A model generated the notes under the pieces. That model ran no database searches and was not told the origin of the DNA. It was given only the letters and a program-made list of their open reading frames with translations. From the NCBI GenBank assembly GCA_041396705.1, contig JAWKYB010000012.1, forward strand, positions 933 to 64,932: 64,000 nt of DNA, given 5' to 3'. This document shows, in pieces, positions 43,768 through 54,098 of this stretch. Made by a program: the position numbers and the translations under genes. This stretch comes from Alphaproteobacteria bacterium (lineage in GTDB: Bacteria; Pseudomonadota; Alphaproteobacteria; CALKHQ01). Numbering within the stretch: the stretch's first letter is position 1; the number at the start of each line of letters is the position of its first letter.

Positions 43768-45906
43768 CTATGGCGCGGAACGCCGGGCCGCAAGACGTCC
43801 GCGGACCAGGTGGCTGGCGAAGAACAGCGCGAAGGCGCCGATGCCGATGCCGTGCAGCCACAACGGCAGCGGCCAGATCAGCGCCACGGCCAGCGTGCCG
43901 GCAAGGATGCGCTCGACCGGGTTGAGGCGGTACTCCAGCCAGCCCTCCAGCGCGCCGACGCTGGCATAGACCGCGACCAGGCCCAGGCCGAACACCAGCA
44001 GGGCATCGTCCCAGTTGCCCGACAGGAACGGCTGGTAGGCGAACAGCAGCGGCACGACGTAGAGGCCCTTGGCGATCCGCCACGCGGCGAATCCCGTTGC
44101 CATCGGCGGTGTCTTGGCGATGGTCGCGGCGGTGAACGCGGCCAGGCAGACCGGCGGGGTGACGTTGCTGTCCTGCGACAGCCAGAAGATGATCATGTGG
44201 CCGGCGAGCAGGGCCGCGGTCACCTGCGCCAGCGACATCGACTCGTCGACGACCGATCCGTACAGCTCGGGCGGGATGGCGGCGACCACCTGGGCGGCCT
44301 GCGCCGCGCTCATCGGCTGGCCGAGCACCGACAGCAGGTCCGGCGCCGTCAGCATCAGCCCGGCCTGCAGCGTGCCCGGCGCCGACCCCGCCATCACCAG
44401 CTTGATCAGCTCGGCCTGGGTGATCAGGTCGCGCAGCGCCGGTGCCGCCAGGGTTGCCAGCACCACATAGGCGGCGACCACCGGCAGCCCCATGCCGAGG
44501 ACCAGCGACGCCAGGGCGATCAGAATCAGCGCGATCAGCAGGTTGCCGCCGGCCCACTGCACCATCATCAGCGAGATGGTGTTGCCCGCCCCGGTGCTCT
44601 GGATGACCATGGTCAGGCCGCCGACCGCCACCAGCAGGGGTGCCAGCCGGACCATGCCCTTGGCGCCCAGCTCCAGCGCCTGCACGATCTTGGCCGCGCC
44701 CATCGGCTCGCGCGACAGCCACGAAGCCGCGATGACCACGGCGATGGCGATGCCGGCCGCGTTGTTCGGGGTGTAGCCGTAGACCAGCAGGCCGATCAGC
44801 GTGGCCACCGGCAGGATGAACACCGCGCCGCGCTCGAGCAGCAGCCGGCCGAACGCCGGCCGCAGGCCAAGGTCGGGCTTCAGGTCGTGCTTGCGGGCCG
44901 CCGAGCGCACGTAGAAGCCGACGCTGAGGAAATAGAGCAGGGCGGGCAGCACCGAGACCGCCACGATGTGGCCGTAGGGGATCTGGGTGTAGTTCGCCAT
45001 GATGAAGGCGCCGGCGCCCATGATCGGCGGCATCAGCTGGCCGCCGGTCGACGCGGCCGCCTCCACCCCGGCGGCGAACTTGGCCGGGAAACCGGTGCGC
45101 TTCATCAGCGGAATGGTGATCACGCCGGTGGCCGCGGTGTTGGCGATGGCGCTGCCGGAGATGGTGCCCATCAGGCCGGAGCTGAACACCGCGACGAAGC
45201 CGGGGCCGCCGACCAGGCGGCCGACCGCGATGCGGGCGAAGTCGACCACGAAGTCGGATGCGCCGGACCGCACCAGGAAGGCGCCGAACACGATGAACAT
45301 GAACACGCTGGTCGCCGAGATCACCGCGACGCTGCCGAACATGCCCTCGTCGACGGAATAGAACAGCCGGAACAAGGTGTTGTCGAGCGGCCAGCCCGGC
45401 CAATGCAGCAGGCCCTCGATGTATTGGCCGAGGAACAGCATGTAGGCGAGCGCCACCAGCACGATGATCGGAATGATCAGGCCGGCCACCCGGCGGGCCA
45501 GCTCCAGCACCATCACCAGACAGAACAGCGTGGCCACCCAGTCGGACCAGGCGAAGGCCGTTCCGCGCTCGTAGACGGCGCGCTCGGCGAGCGCGATCGA
45601 CAGCGATGCGACCAGCACCAGGATGCCGAGCGCGACGTCGACGGCGATCAGCGCCCTGGGTCCGCCGTCCTGCCACCGCCGCCGCGGGGCCAGATAGAAG
45701 GCGGTCAGCAGCCCGAAGCCGCCGAAGTGGATCGCCGCCTTCCACAGGTCGGACACGATGCCGAAGGTGTTCCAGTAGATGTGGACCAGGACCAGCGCCA
45801 CCGCGAACACGGTGGTGGGACCGGTCAGCCAGCCCGGCAGGGTCCGCAACCCGGCGTCGTCGGCTTCGTCCAGCGGCGACACGGGCGTTGCTTGCGGGTC
45901 GCTCAC
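43768..45906 (-). CDS. TRAP transporter fused permease subunit (TAXI-type, DctQ/DctM fusion)
   Basis: 712 aa. About 18 TM helices. DctM-like core with an N-terminal DctQ-like extension. Adjacent to the TAXI binding-protein gene. Confidence 0.9.
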   Translation of the reverse strand: MSDPQATPVSPLDEADDAGLRTLPGWLTGPTTVFAVALVLVHIYWNTFGIVSDLWKAAIHFGGFGLLTAFYLAPRRRWQDGGPRALIAVDVALGILVLVASLSIALAERAVYERGTAFAWSDWVATLFCLVMVLELARRVAGLIIPIIVLVALAYMLFLGQYIEGLLHWPGWPLDNTLFRLFYSVDEGMFGSVAVISATSVFMFIVFGAFLVRSGASDFVVDFARIAVGRLVGGPGFVAVFSSGLMGTISGSAIANTAATGVITIPLMKRTGFPAKFAAGVEAAASTGGQLMPPIMGAGAFIMANYTQIPYGHIVAVSVLPALLYFLSVGFYVRSAARKHDLKPDLGLRPAFGRLLLERGAVFILPVATLIGLLVYGYTPNNAAGIAIAVVIAASWLSREPMGAAKIVQALELGAKGMVRLAPLLVAVGGLTMVIQSTGAGNTISLMMVQWAGGNLLIALILIALASLVLGMGLPVVAAYVVLATLAAPALRDLITQAELIKLVMAGSAPGTLQAGLMLTAPDLLSVLGQPMSAAQAAQVVAAIPPELYGSVVDESMSLAQVTAALLAGHMIIFWLSQDSNVTPPVCLAAFTAATIAKTPPMATGFAAWRIAKGLYVVPLLFAYQPFLSGNWDDALLVFGLGLVAVYASVGALEGWLEYRLNPVERILAGTLAVALIWPLPLWLHGIGIGAFALFFASHLVRGRLAARRSAP

Positions 45907-45988
45907 GCGACCGCGGCCGCGCGCAGGCCCGCGGGGCGGCCGGGGCCACCCCGCTGGCAGCTTCGGTGCATGAGCCGGATCGTGCGGG

Positions 45989-47026
45989 CTAGTTGGCCGG
46001 CCGCAGGCGGTCCGGAATGGTCAGCCCGACTTCCTCGTAGTAGCGGATCGCGCCCGGGTGCAGCGGCAACGGCAGGCCGTCGATCGCCTTGTCCAGTGCC
46101 ATCACCGTGGTGGCGGCATGGATGTTGTTGAGGAAGTCGAGATTCTCGTACATCGCCTTGGTGATCAGGTAGACGTGCTCTTCCGACACGTCGGCGTTGA
46201 CCGCCAGGAAGTTCGGCTGCGCGACGGTGGCGATCTCCGCGGTCTGGCCCGGATAGGTGTCCGCCGGGATCACGTATCGCGTCCACAGGCCGTCGAAGCT
46301 GCCGTTGGCCCGGGCCATCTGCTCGTCGGTGAAGTCGAGCACCCGGATGGTGTCGCCCATCGCCGCCGCAACCCGCGTCATCGCGCTGACCGGCACACCG
46401 GCCGGCACGTTCATGCCGACCACGTTGCCGTTCTGCAGCGCATCGGCGGTGGAGCTGTAGCCGCCCGCATCGACCAGGTTCATCGCCTCGATGTCGAAGC
46501 CGAGATTGCCGAGGATGGTGAGGCCGGAACCCTCGGTGCCGCTGTTCTTCGCGCCGATGGCGAACGGCTCGTCGCCGATCTGGCCGAGGTCGTCGATGGT
46601 GCCGGTCGGCGCCATGTGGCTGAGCAGCACGAAGTGCTCGACATTCTGCCACAGCATGCTGACCGAGCGCAGGTTCGCCTGCGGACCGTCCGCCGCCAGC
46701 GCGCCGCTGCCGTCGGCCGCCCAGGCGCCGTAGAGGCCCTGCAGGATCGAGAACTGCACATTGCCGTCGCGCATCAGCGCGATGTTCTCGGCCGAGCCGG
46801 CCGACGAGATCGCCGACAGGGTGAAATGCTGCGCCGCCTCCAGCTTGATCTTGACCAGGGTCGCGATCGCCACGCCGACCGGATAGTAGGTGCCGCCGGT
46901 GGTCGCGGTCGCCAGGATGTAGGAGGCGTCGTCCTGCGCATTGGCCGGCAGCGTCAGGCTGGTTGCCATCACTCCCGCCGCCAGGGCGGCCAGGCAGCCG
47001 CGTCGTGTCCGGTCGATCATGTCCAT
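45989..47026 (-). CDS. TAXI-family TRAP transporter solute-binding subunit
   Basis: Signal peptide. TAXI signature ATATTGGTYYPVGVAIA. Confidence 0.9.
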   Translation of the reverse strand: MDMIDRTRRGCLAALAAGVMATSLTLPANAQDDASYILATATTGGTYYPVGVAIATLVKIKLEAAQHFTLSAISSAGSAENIALMRDGNVQFSILQGLYGAWAADGSGALAADGPQANLRSVSMLWQNVEHFVLLSHMAPTGTIDDLGQIGDEPFAIGAKNSGTEGSGLTILGNLGFDIEAMNLVDAGGYSSTADALQNGNVVGMNVPAGVPVSAMTRVAAAMGDTIRVLDFTDEQMARANGSFDGLWTRYVIPADTYPGQTAEIATVAQPNFLAVNADVSEEHVYLITKAMYENLDFLNNIHAATTVMALDKAIDGLPLPLHPGAIRYYEEVGLTIPDRLRPAN

Positions 47027-47188
47027 CGCTCCCTCAATGAATGCTTGTGACCCATAATGGAGCGGCGTGCGGGTGCGTCAACCGCGCTGACCGTAGCGGC
47101 GGCGGCGCTGCCCAAGCTTTGGGCAAGGCGCGCGGCCGTGCCGCTTCGCCCTGGATCGTCGCGCGCGGTCACTCTATAAGGCGGGGCT

Positions 47189-48718
47189 TTGGGCTTCGCC
47201 GAGCCCGCACCGAGACCGACGGGGAGGCCGATGGCCATCGCTCCAACACGGATGACCATCGCCCGGCGCAGTGCCGCCGCGGCCGCGGGGGCGGCCGCGC
47301 TGTGGCTGACCGCAGGCGCGACCGCCGTGGCCGCCGAGGCCGAGGGTGCGCCGCACCTGGACGGCGCCGAGCTCGGCATCTTCTGGATCGTCCCGTTCGT
47401 CGGCATCCTGCTTTCGATCGCGCTGTTCCCGCTGTTCGCGCCGAATTTCTGGCACCACAATTTCGGCAAGGTCAGCGCGTTCTGGGCCTTCGCCTTCCTG
47501 ATCCCGTTCACCATCGCCTTCGGCTTCGACCTGGCGCTCTACGAGCTGATCCACGTCGCCCTGCTGGAGTATCTGCCATTCATCATCCTGCTGTTCGCGC
47601 TGTTCACGGTCTCCGGCGGCGTGCGGGTGACCGGCCGCCTGAAGGGCACGCCCGGGGTCAACGTCGCGATCCTGTTTCTCGGCACCGTGATCGCCAGCTG
47701 GATGGGTACCACCGGCGCTGCCATGCTGCTGATCCGCCCGCTGCTCAACGCCAACGAGGACCGTCGCTACAAGGTGCACACGGTCGTCTTCTTCATCTTC
47801 CTGGTGGCCAACATCGGCGGATCGCTGTCGCCGCTGGGCGACCCGCCGCTGTTCCTCGGCTTCCTCAAGGGCGTGTCGTTCTTCTGGCCGACCGTGCACA
47901 TGCTGGCGCCGATGGCGCTGTTGTCGGTCGCGCTGCTGGTGATCTACGGCGTGATCGAGTCGGTGCTGTTCGCCCGCGAGGGCAAGCACAACAAGCCCGG
48001 CATCGGCGACGACCTGGAGGAGGCCGCGCACGCGCTCACCCACCTCGGCGTGGAGGGCAAGGTCAACATCCTGCTGCTGGCCGGCGTGGTCGCCGCCGTC
48101 CTGCTCAGCGGCGTCTGGAAGCCCGGGGTCACGTTCGAGATCTATCACGTGCCGCTGGAGCTGCAGAACGTGCTGCGCGAGGCGCTGCTGGTCGGCGTGG
48201 CGCTGCTGTCGCTGTGGCTGACCCGCAACGAAAGCCGGCGCGCCAACGGCTTCTCCTGGTTCCCGATCCTGGAGGTGGCCAAGCTGTTCGCCGGCATCTT
48301 CATCACCATCGTGCCGGCGATCGCCATCCTGCGCGCGGGCTCGGCGGGCGCGCTCGGCGTGGTGGTCGACGCGGTGACCGGTGCCGACGGCCAGCCCGTC
48401 GACGCGGCCTATTTCTGGCTGACCGGAATCCTGTCCAGCTTCCTCGACAACGCGCCGACCTATCTGGTGTTCTTCAACACCGCCAGCGGCGACGCGACCG
48501 CGCTGATGACCGAACATGCGGGCACGCTGCTGGCGATCTCGGCCGGCGCCGTGTTCATGGGCGCCGTCACCTACATCGGCAACGCGCCCAACTTCATGGT
48601 GCGGTCGATCGCCGAGGAGCGCGGCGTCAAGATGCCGAGCTTCTTCGGCTACATGGTGTGGTCGATCGTCCTACTGATGCCGCTGTTCGGGCTGACCACG
48701 CTGGTGTTCTTCCTCTAG
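47189..48718 (+). CDS. NhaD/ArsB-superfamily sodium:proton antiporter-like permease
   Basis: About 12 TM helices. Conserved NhaD-like segments (IFWIVPFVGILLSIALFPL, FLDNAPTYLVFF). Start ambiguous (Met at 47189, 47231 or 47252). Confidence 0.75.
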   Translation: MGFAEPAPRPTGRPMAIAPTRMTIARRSAAAAAGAAALWLTAGATAVAAEAEGAPHLDGAELGIFWIVPFVGILLSIALFPLFAPNFWHHNFGKVSAFWAFAFLIPFTIAFGFDLALYELIHVALLEYLPFIILLFALFTVSGGVRVTGRLKGTPGVNVAILFLGTVIASWMGTTGAAMLLIRPLLNANEDRRYKVHTVVFFIFLVANIGGSLSPLGDPPLFLGFLKGVSFFWPTVHMLAPMALLSVALLVIYGVIESVLFAREGKHNKPGIGDDLEEAAHALTHLGVEGKVNILLLAGVVAAVLLSGVWKPGVTFEIYHVPLELQNVLREALLVGVALLSLWLTRNESRRANGFSWFPILEVAKLFAGIFITIVPAIAILRAGSAGALGVVVDAVTGADGQPVDAAYFWLTGILSSFLDNAPTYLVFFNTASGDATALMTEHAGTLLAISAGAVFMGAVTYIGNAPNFMVRSIAEERGVKMPSFFGYMVWSIVLLMPLFGLTTLVFFL

Positions 48719-48729
48719 CGGCCGGGCGC

Positions 48730-49557
48730 TCAGTTCGACATCAGCACCGGCACGTCGACGTTGCACAGCATGTGCCGCGTGGTGCCGCCGAAGATGAATT
48801 CGGACAGGCGCGAACGGCTGTACGCACCCATCACGATCAGCTTGCAGTCCAGCTCGCGGGCCCGCGCCCGGATGCGCTCGCCCGGCTCGCCGCGGTCGTC
48901 GTCCTCCGGCAGCACCTCGACGTCGGCGCCATGGCGGGCGAGGTAGTCGCCGATCATCACGCCCGGCGTCTCCAGCCCGCCCTTGCGTCGCGCCGGCAGC
49001 ACATAGACCTTCGGCGCCGTGGCGAGGAAGGCCAGGGCGCCGTGAACGGCCCGGCTCGCCTCCTTCGACGCCTTCCAGGCGACCAGCACCGGTCCGGTGA
49101 GGTCCGGCGCCGCCGCCACCGGGGGCATCACCATCACCGGGCAGCCCGCGGTCAGCACCAGGTCGTCGGGCCGGTGCAGCGTCACCAGGTCTGTCGCTTC
49201 CCGCTCCGGCGGCTGGCCGACGATCGCTAGGTCGACGAAATGGGAATACTCGGTCAGTACCTCGATGTGCTTGCCGCCGTCGATGCGGAATTCCCACGAC
49301 ATGTCCGGCCCGATCCGGGTGCGGGCCATCTCGGCCTCGATCTCGGCGGCGCGCTCGCGCGCCCGCTCGTGCGCCTCCTCCAGATACACGGCGGAGGCGG
49401 CGCGGCCGGCGGCGGCGGCCGGCATGTGCACCGGCGAGGTGATGTACAGCAGCAGCAGATGCGCCTGGTAGCGGCGCGCCAATGCCCGGCCGGCGTCCAG
49501 CCGGGCGCGATGCCCGGCGTCGTTGGCAAGGTGTACCAGGATCGTCTTGATGCTCAT
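48730..49557 (-). CDS. universal stress protein (tandem UspA domains)
   Basis: Two Usp domains (MSIKTILVHLANDAG...; ...LIVMGAYSRSRLSEFIFGGTTRHMLCNVDVPVLM). Confidence 0.85.
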   Translation of the reverse strand: MSIKTILVHLANDAGHRARLDAGRALARRYQAHLLLLYITSPVHMPAAAAGRAASAVYLEEAHERARERAAEIEAEMARTRIGPDMSWEFRIDGGKHIEVLTEYSHFVDLAIVGQPPEREATDLVTLHRPDDLVLTAGCPVMVMPPVAAAPDLTGPVLVAWKASKEASRAVHGALAFLATAPKVYVLPARRKGGLETPGVMIGDYLARHGADVEVLPEDDDRGEPGERIRARARELDCKLIVMGAYSRSRLSEFIFGGTTRHMLCNVDVPVLMSN

Positions 49558-49633
49558 GGTCTGGGCCGCTCTGCCGCTCCGGTCGGGCGACCCTAGTGTG
49601 CGCCTTCCCGGATTGCAATTCGCGCCCGGCCGG

Positions 49634-50578
49634 TCAGTCCAGGCCGACCGCGTAGCGCTCCACCGGCGGCGGCGCGTCGATCAGGCCGCGGCCGGCGAGG
49701 AAATCGGCGAAGCGCTGGTAGCGGCCGCGGTCGAGCGCGGCCGGTCGTAGTGCGAAGCGCACCAGCGTATCGCCCCAGGCCCGTCGGTTGAGCTCGTCGT
49801 CCAGCTCCGGATAGGCGGCCACGAACATCGCCCAGCTCTCGTCCGGGTGGTTGACCAGGTACTGCACCGCTTCGGTCAGCGCCTGCATGAAACGCCCGAG
49901 CCGCGGGTCGCCGGCCATGTCCGGACGGGCCAGGAAGATCAGCTCGTCGTAGCTCGGCACGCCCTCTTCCTCGACATAGAAGGCGCGGCCCGGCATGCCT
50001 TCGATGGCCATCTGGTTCAGCTCGAAATTGCGGAACGCGCCGATCACCGCGTCGACCTGGCCCGCCATCAGGGCCGGCGACAGCGAGAAGTTGACGTTGA
50101 TCAGCTCGACATCGTCGAGGCCGAGGCCGTTGTGCTCCAGCATCGCGCCGAGCAGCGCGTCTTCGAAGCCGGCGACCGAGTAGCCGATGCGCCGGTCGGC
50201 CAGGTCGGCGACGGACCGGATGTCCGAATCCGCCAGCACCACCAGCGCGTTCAGCGGGGTCGCCACCAGGGTGCCGACCCGCATCAGCGGCAGCCCCTCG
50301 TTGACCAGGAAGTGCAGTTGTGGCTGGTAGCCGACGGCAAGCTCGGCCTGGCCGGCGGCGACCAGCTTCGGCGGGTCGTTGGGGTCCGCCGGCGCCACCA
50401 GCTCTACCTCGAGCCCGTGCGCGGCGAAGATACCCCGTTCCTGCGCAACGACCAGCGGCGCGTGATCGGGGTTGACGAACCAGTCCAGCAGGACCGTCAG
50501 GCGGTCCTGTGCCGTCGCCACGGTGGCGACGAGCGAAAGCGTGGCGGCAAGGGCGACGGCACGGCAGGCTCGGGTCAT
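49634..50578 (-). CDS. ABC transporter substrate-binding protein (NMT1/ThiY, NitT/TauT family)
   Basis: Signal peptide. NMT1/SsuA-like periplasmic fold. Confidence 0.85.
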   Translation of the reverse strand: MTRACRAVALAATLSLVATVATAQDRLTVLLDWFVNPDHAPLVVAQERGIFAAHGLEVELVAPADPNDPPKLVAAGQAELAVGYQPQLHFLVNEGLPLMRVGTLVATPLNALVVLADSDIRSVADLADRRIGYSVAGFEDALLGAMLEHNGLGLDDVELINVNFSLSPALMAGQVDAVIGAFRNFELNQMAIEGMPGRAFYVEEEGVPSYDELIFLARPDMAGDPRLGRFMQALTEAVQYLVNHPDESWAMFVAAYPELDDELNRRAWGDTLVRFALRPAALDRGRYQRFADFLAGRGLIDAPPPVERYAVGLD

Positions 50579-50597
50579 CGGTGATTCCTCGTGCGGG

Positions 50598-51365
50598 CTA
50601 GGATGAGGCGGGACGCGGGGATTCGCCGCTGTCCGGCTGCCACGGCATCAGCCGTCGCAGGGCGTGGTCGAGCCCGAAGTAGAGCGCGACCGAGAAGGCG
50701 GCGAGCAGCGCCAGCGCGGCGAACATCAGGTCGACCTGGCCGCGGGCGTTGGCGTGCAGCATCAGATAGCCGAGCCCCGACGAGGCGCCGACCCACTCGC
50801 CGACCACCGCGCCGATCGGCGCCACCGCCGCGGCCACGCGCAGGCCCGAGGCGCAGGCGGGCAGGGCGGCCGGCAGCTGCAGGTGCAGCAGCGTGCGCCA
50901 GCGGTCTGCGCCCATCACCCGGGCCTGGTCCAGCCAACCGGGGTCGGTGCGGCGCAGGCCGTCGTAGAAGGCCGCGGTGACCGGGAAGAAGATGATCAGC
51001 GTGGCCATCGCGACCTTGGAGCCGATGCCATAGCCGATCCACAGCGTCAGCACCGGCGCCAGCGCGAACACCGGCACCGCCTGGCTGACCACCAGCGGCG
51101 GCAGCAGCCAGCGCCGGGCGCCGCGGAAATAGGCCAGCGCCAGCGCGGATGCGCTGCCGAGCAGCGCGCCGCAGACGAAGCCGAGCAGGATCTCGCCCAC
51201 GGTCACGCCGAAATGGCCGACCAGGATGTCGCTGCGTTCGACCAGCGTCACTGCGACCAGGCTCGGCGGCGGCAGGATGAAGGTCGGCTGCCCGGTCAGC
51301 CGGACGAACGCCTCCCAGCCGCCGATCAGAACGGCGGCAATGATCAGCGGACGCAGCAGGGTCAT
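50598..51365 (-). CDS. ABC transporter permease (NitT/TauT family)
   Basis: 6 TM helices. EAA-like loop region. Confidence 0.85.
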   Translation of the reverse strand: MTLLRPLIIAAVLIGGWEAFVRLTGQPTFILPPPSLVAVTLVERSDILVGHFGVTVGEILLGFVCGALLGSASALALAYFRGARRWLLPPLVVSQAVPVFALAPVLTLWIGYGIGSKVAMATLIIFFPVTAAFYDGLRRTDPGWLDQARVMGADRWRTLLHLQLPAALPACASGLRVAAAVAPIGAVVGEWVGASSGLGYLMLHANARGQVDLMFAALALLAAFSVALYFGLDHALRRLMPWQPDSGESPRPASS

Positions 51366-52174
51366 CAGCGCCCGCCCGCCGCGGCGCGGCCGGGCGCCGG
51401 TGCCGCATGACCGGCCAGCTGCGCCAGCAGCGCGCCCTGCTGGCGCAGCAGGATCGGGTCGTCCACCGGCCGCGGCCGCGCGCCGGGCGGGCCGATCGGC
51501 GGCGCGAAGCGCGCCGGCTGGCCGCTGAGCACCAGCACGCTGTCGCCCAGCCGCAGCGCCTCCAGCGGGTCGTGGGTGATCAGCAGCACCGTGCGGCCGT
51601 CCAGCAGCGTCGCCGCCAGGTCCTGCAGCTGGGCGCGGGTGACGGCGTCCAGCGCGGAGAAGGGCTCGTCCATCAGCACGATGGGCCGGTCTTCCATCAG
51701 CGTGCGGGCCAGCGCCACCCGCTGGCGCTCGCCGCCCGACAGTTCCGCCGGCCTGGCGTCGGCCCGCCGCGCCAGCCCGACGCGGCCGAGCAGGTCGCGC
51801 GCGCCCGCCCGGTCGGGGCGTTCGCCGCGCAGCCGCGCGCCGATGACAACGTTGTCGACCGCGCTCGCCCAGGGCAGCAGCAGGTCGGCCTGGGCCATCC
51901 AGGCGACCCGGCCGGCCAGCGGCCGGCCCTCGTCGTCGGCGACCTCGGCCCCGGGCTGCAACCCGGCGATCATGCGCAACAGGCTGGTCTTGCCGACACC
52001 GCTGGGGCCCAGCATGGCGGTCCAGCGCCCGCCCGGCAGGTGCAGCGACAGGTCGTCGAACAGCACCGTGCCGCCATAGTCCAGGTGCGCACGGCGCATG
52101 TGCACGCCCGGCGCGGCCGGGTTGCGAAGCGGGGTGATGTCGGACGGCTGGTCGACTTCGGTGTGCAACGCCAC
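51365..52174 (-). CDS. ABC transporter ATP-binding protein
   Basis: Walker A GPSGVGKTS. Signature LSGGERQRVALAR. Walker B VLMDEPFSALD. Start uncertain (possibly the internal Met MRRAHL...). Confidence 0.85.
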   Translation of the reverse strand: MALHTEVDQPSDITPLRNPAAPGVHMRRAHLDYGGTVLFDDLSLHLPGGRWTAMLGPSGVGKTSLLRMIAGLQPGAEVADDEGRPLAGRVAWMAQADLLLPWASAVDNVVIGARLRGERPDRAGARDLLGRVGLARRADARPAELSGGERQRVALARTLMEDRPIVLMDEPFSALDAVTRAQLQDLAATLLDGRTVLLITHDPLEALRLGDSVLVLSGQPARFAPPIGPPGARPRPVDDPILLRQQGALLAQLAGHAAPAPGRAAAGGR

Positions 52175-52274
52175 TATTCCTACGCCGGTGCGAACCGGAT
52201 CAGGTTCAAGGGGTCGCTTCTCTCACGAAGCCTCTCAGCCGCCCGGGCGGCTCCCCCTAGTGCTGGAAAAGAGG

Positions 52275-53450
52275 ATGGGACCCGACGACCCGTTTGGCAA
52301 GCCCGCCGTCACCGATGCCCTGCCGGCGGCCCGGCTGCCCGACCCCGCGGCGGCGCCGGTGTTCATCGGCAGCGAGATCTATCGGCTGTCGTCCTACGGG
52401 CCGAAGCACCCGCTGGCGATTCCGCGGGTGTCGACCACCATCGACCTGTGCCGCGCGCTCGGCTGGCTTCCAGAGGAAGTCTATGTCGACAGCCCGCGCG
52501 CCACACCGGCCCAGCTCGCGCGCTTTCACGACCCCGACTACATCCGGGCGGTGATCGAGGCGGAGGAGAGCCAGCAGGTCAGCGCAGCGGTGCGCGAGCG
52601 CTACAACCTGGGTCGGATCGACAACCCCGTCTTCGCCGAGATGTTCCGGCGGCCGGCCACCGCCTCCGGCGCTGCCATCCTGGCTGCCGGCCTGCTGCGC
52701 GACGGCGGCACCGTCTACAGCCCGGCCGGCGGCACCCACCACGGCCGGGCCGACCGGGCCAGCGGGTTCTGCTATTTCAACGACCCAGTGCTGGCGATCC
52801 TCGGCTTGCTCGACCAGGGTCTGCGCCGGATCTACTACGTCGACGTCGACGCCCATCACGGCGACGGGGTGCAGGACGCGTTTGCCGACGACGACCGCGT
52901 GCTGACCGTGTCGATCCACGAACAGAGCCGCTGGCCGTTCACCGGCGCGGCCGACGACCGCGCCGGCGGCATGGCCCGGAACCTGCCGGTGCCGCGCGAC
53001 TTCAACGACAGCGAGATGGCCTTGCTGATCGACGAGGTGGTGGTGCCGCTGGGGCGCACCTTTGCGCCGGAAGCGGTGGTGATCCAGTGCGGCGCCGACG
53101 CGCTGGCCGACGATCCGATGAGCAAGCTCGGCCTGTCGAACCGCGCGCTGTGGCATGCGGTGGCGCGGGCGATGGCGCTGGCGCCGCGCCGGCTGGTGCT
53201 GGGCGGCGGCGGCTACAATCCCTGGTCGGTCGGCCGCTGCTGGGCGGGGGTCTGGGCGACGCTGAACGGCCAGCCGATTCCCGACCGGCTGCCGCCGGCG
53301 GCCGAGGCGGTGCTGCGGTCGCTGACCTGGCACCGGCAGGCCGGCCGCAACCCGCCGGCGCACTGGTTCACCACGTTGGCCGATCCGCCACGAAAAGGTC
53401 CGATTCGCCCGGCAGTCGAGCAGGTGGCCGCTGCCGCGCTCGCGCCCTGA
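52275..53450 (+). CDS. histone deacetylase-family protein (acetoin utilisation AcuC-like)
   Basis: 391 aa from ATG at 52275. HDAC motifs GFCYFND and DVDAHHGDG. C-terminal GGGGYN. Confidence 0.85.
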   Translation: MGPDDPFGKPAVTDALPAARLPDPAAAPVFIGSEIYRLSSYGPKHPLAIPRVSTTIDLCRALGWLPEEVYVDSPRATPAQLARFHDPDYIRAVIEAEESQQVSAAVRERYNLGRIDNPVFAEMFRRPATASGAAILAAGLLRDGGTVYSPAGGTHHGRADRASGFCYFNDPVLAILGLLDQGLRRIYYVDVDAHHGDGVQDAFADDDRVLTVSIHEQSRWPFTGAADDRAGGMARNLPVPRDFNDSEMALLIDEVVVPLGRTFAPEAVVIQCGADALADDPMSKLGLSNRALWHAVARAMALAPRRLVLGGGGYNPWSVGRCWAGVWATLNGQPIPDRLPPAAEAVLRSLTWHRQAGRNPPAHWFTTLADPPRKGPIRPAVEQVAAAALAP

Positions 53451-53478
53451 GCGGCGCGCAACCGCCGAGAGGAAAAGC

Positions 53479-53943
53479 ATGATGAGCCTGATTCTGCGTC
53501 GAATGGCGGCGGCGATCGCCGTGCTTCTGGCCCTGGGCGCCGCGACCGGCGCGTCCGCCGTGGAGCAGGGCACGCTCGACATCGTCACCGCCGAGGGGGT
53601 GATGCACCGGTTCGAGGTGGAGGTGGTGCGCACGCCGCAGGACATGGCGGTCGGCCTGATGTTCCGGCAGGAGATGGCCGCCGACGCCGGCATGCTGTTC
53701 GTCTACGCACAGCCGCGCGAGACCTCGTTCTGGATGAAGAACACGTTGCTGCCGCTGGACATGCTGTTCATCGACGCGGACGGACTCGTGCATCACATTG
53801 CCGAGAGGACCGTGCCGCTGTCGACGACGCCGGTGCCGTCGCGCGGCCCGGTGCGTGCCGTGCTCGAGGTCAACGGCGGCACCTGCGAGCGGCTCGGTAT
53901 CGCGCCGGGCGACCGCGTGATCTGGCCGGAATTCGGCGGCTAG
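53479..53943 (+). CDS. DUF192 domain-containing protein
   Basis: Signal peptide. DUF192 core (FWMKNTLLPLDMLFID...VLEVNGG). Confidence 0.8.
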   Translation: MMSLILRRMAAAIAVLLALGAATGASAVEQGTLDIVTAEGVMHRFEVEVVRTPQDMAVGLMFRQEMAADAGMLFVYAQPRETSFWMKNTLLPLDMLFIDADGLVHHIAERTVPLSTTPVPSRGPVRAVLEVNGGTCERLGIAPGDRVIWPEFGG

Positions 53944-54098
53944 CCGGCGGAGTCCGTGACGGCGGGCACTGACGGCGAGCCCGCCGACGTGGTTAATCAT
54001 GATTAATCTTACAGAGAGGAACTCTTCATCTCGCAGCCAAGATCCCGCCTTATTGTGCACCTAACTGACGCGCCATCGAACCAAATGGGGAACCATTC

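Noticed and set aside
47189-47260. Twin-arginine (Tat) signal on the NhaD-like permease (MTIARRSAAAAAG...)
   Set aside because: A polytopic antiporter is unlikely to be Tat-dependent. The RR is probably fortuitous in a GC-rich N-terminal extension, and the start codon is uncertain.
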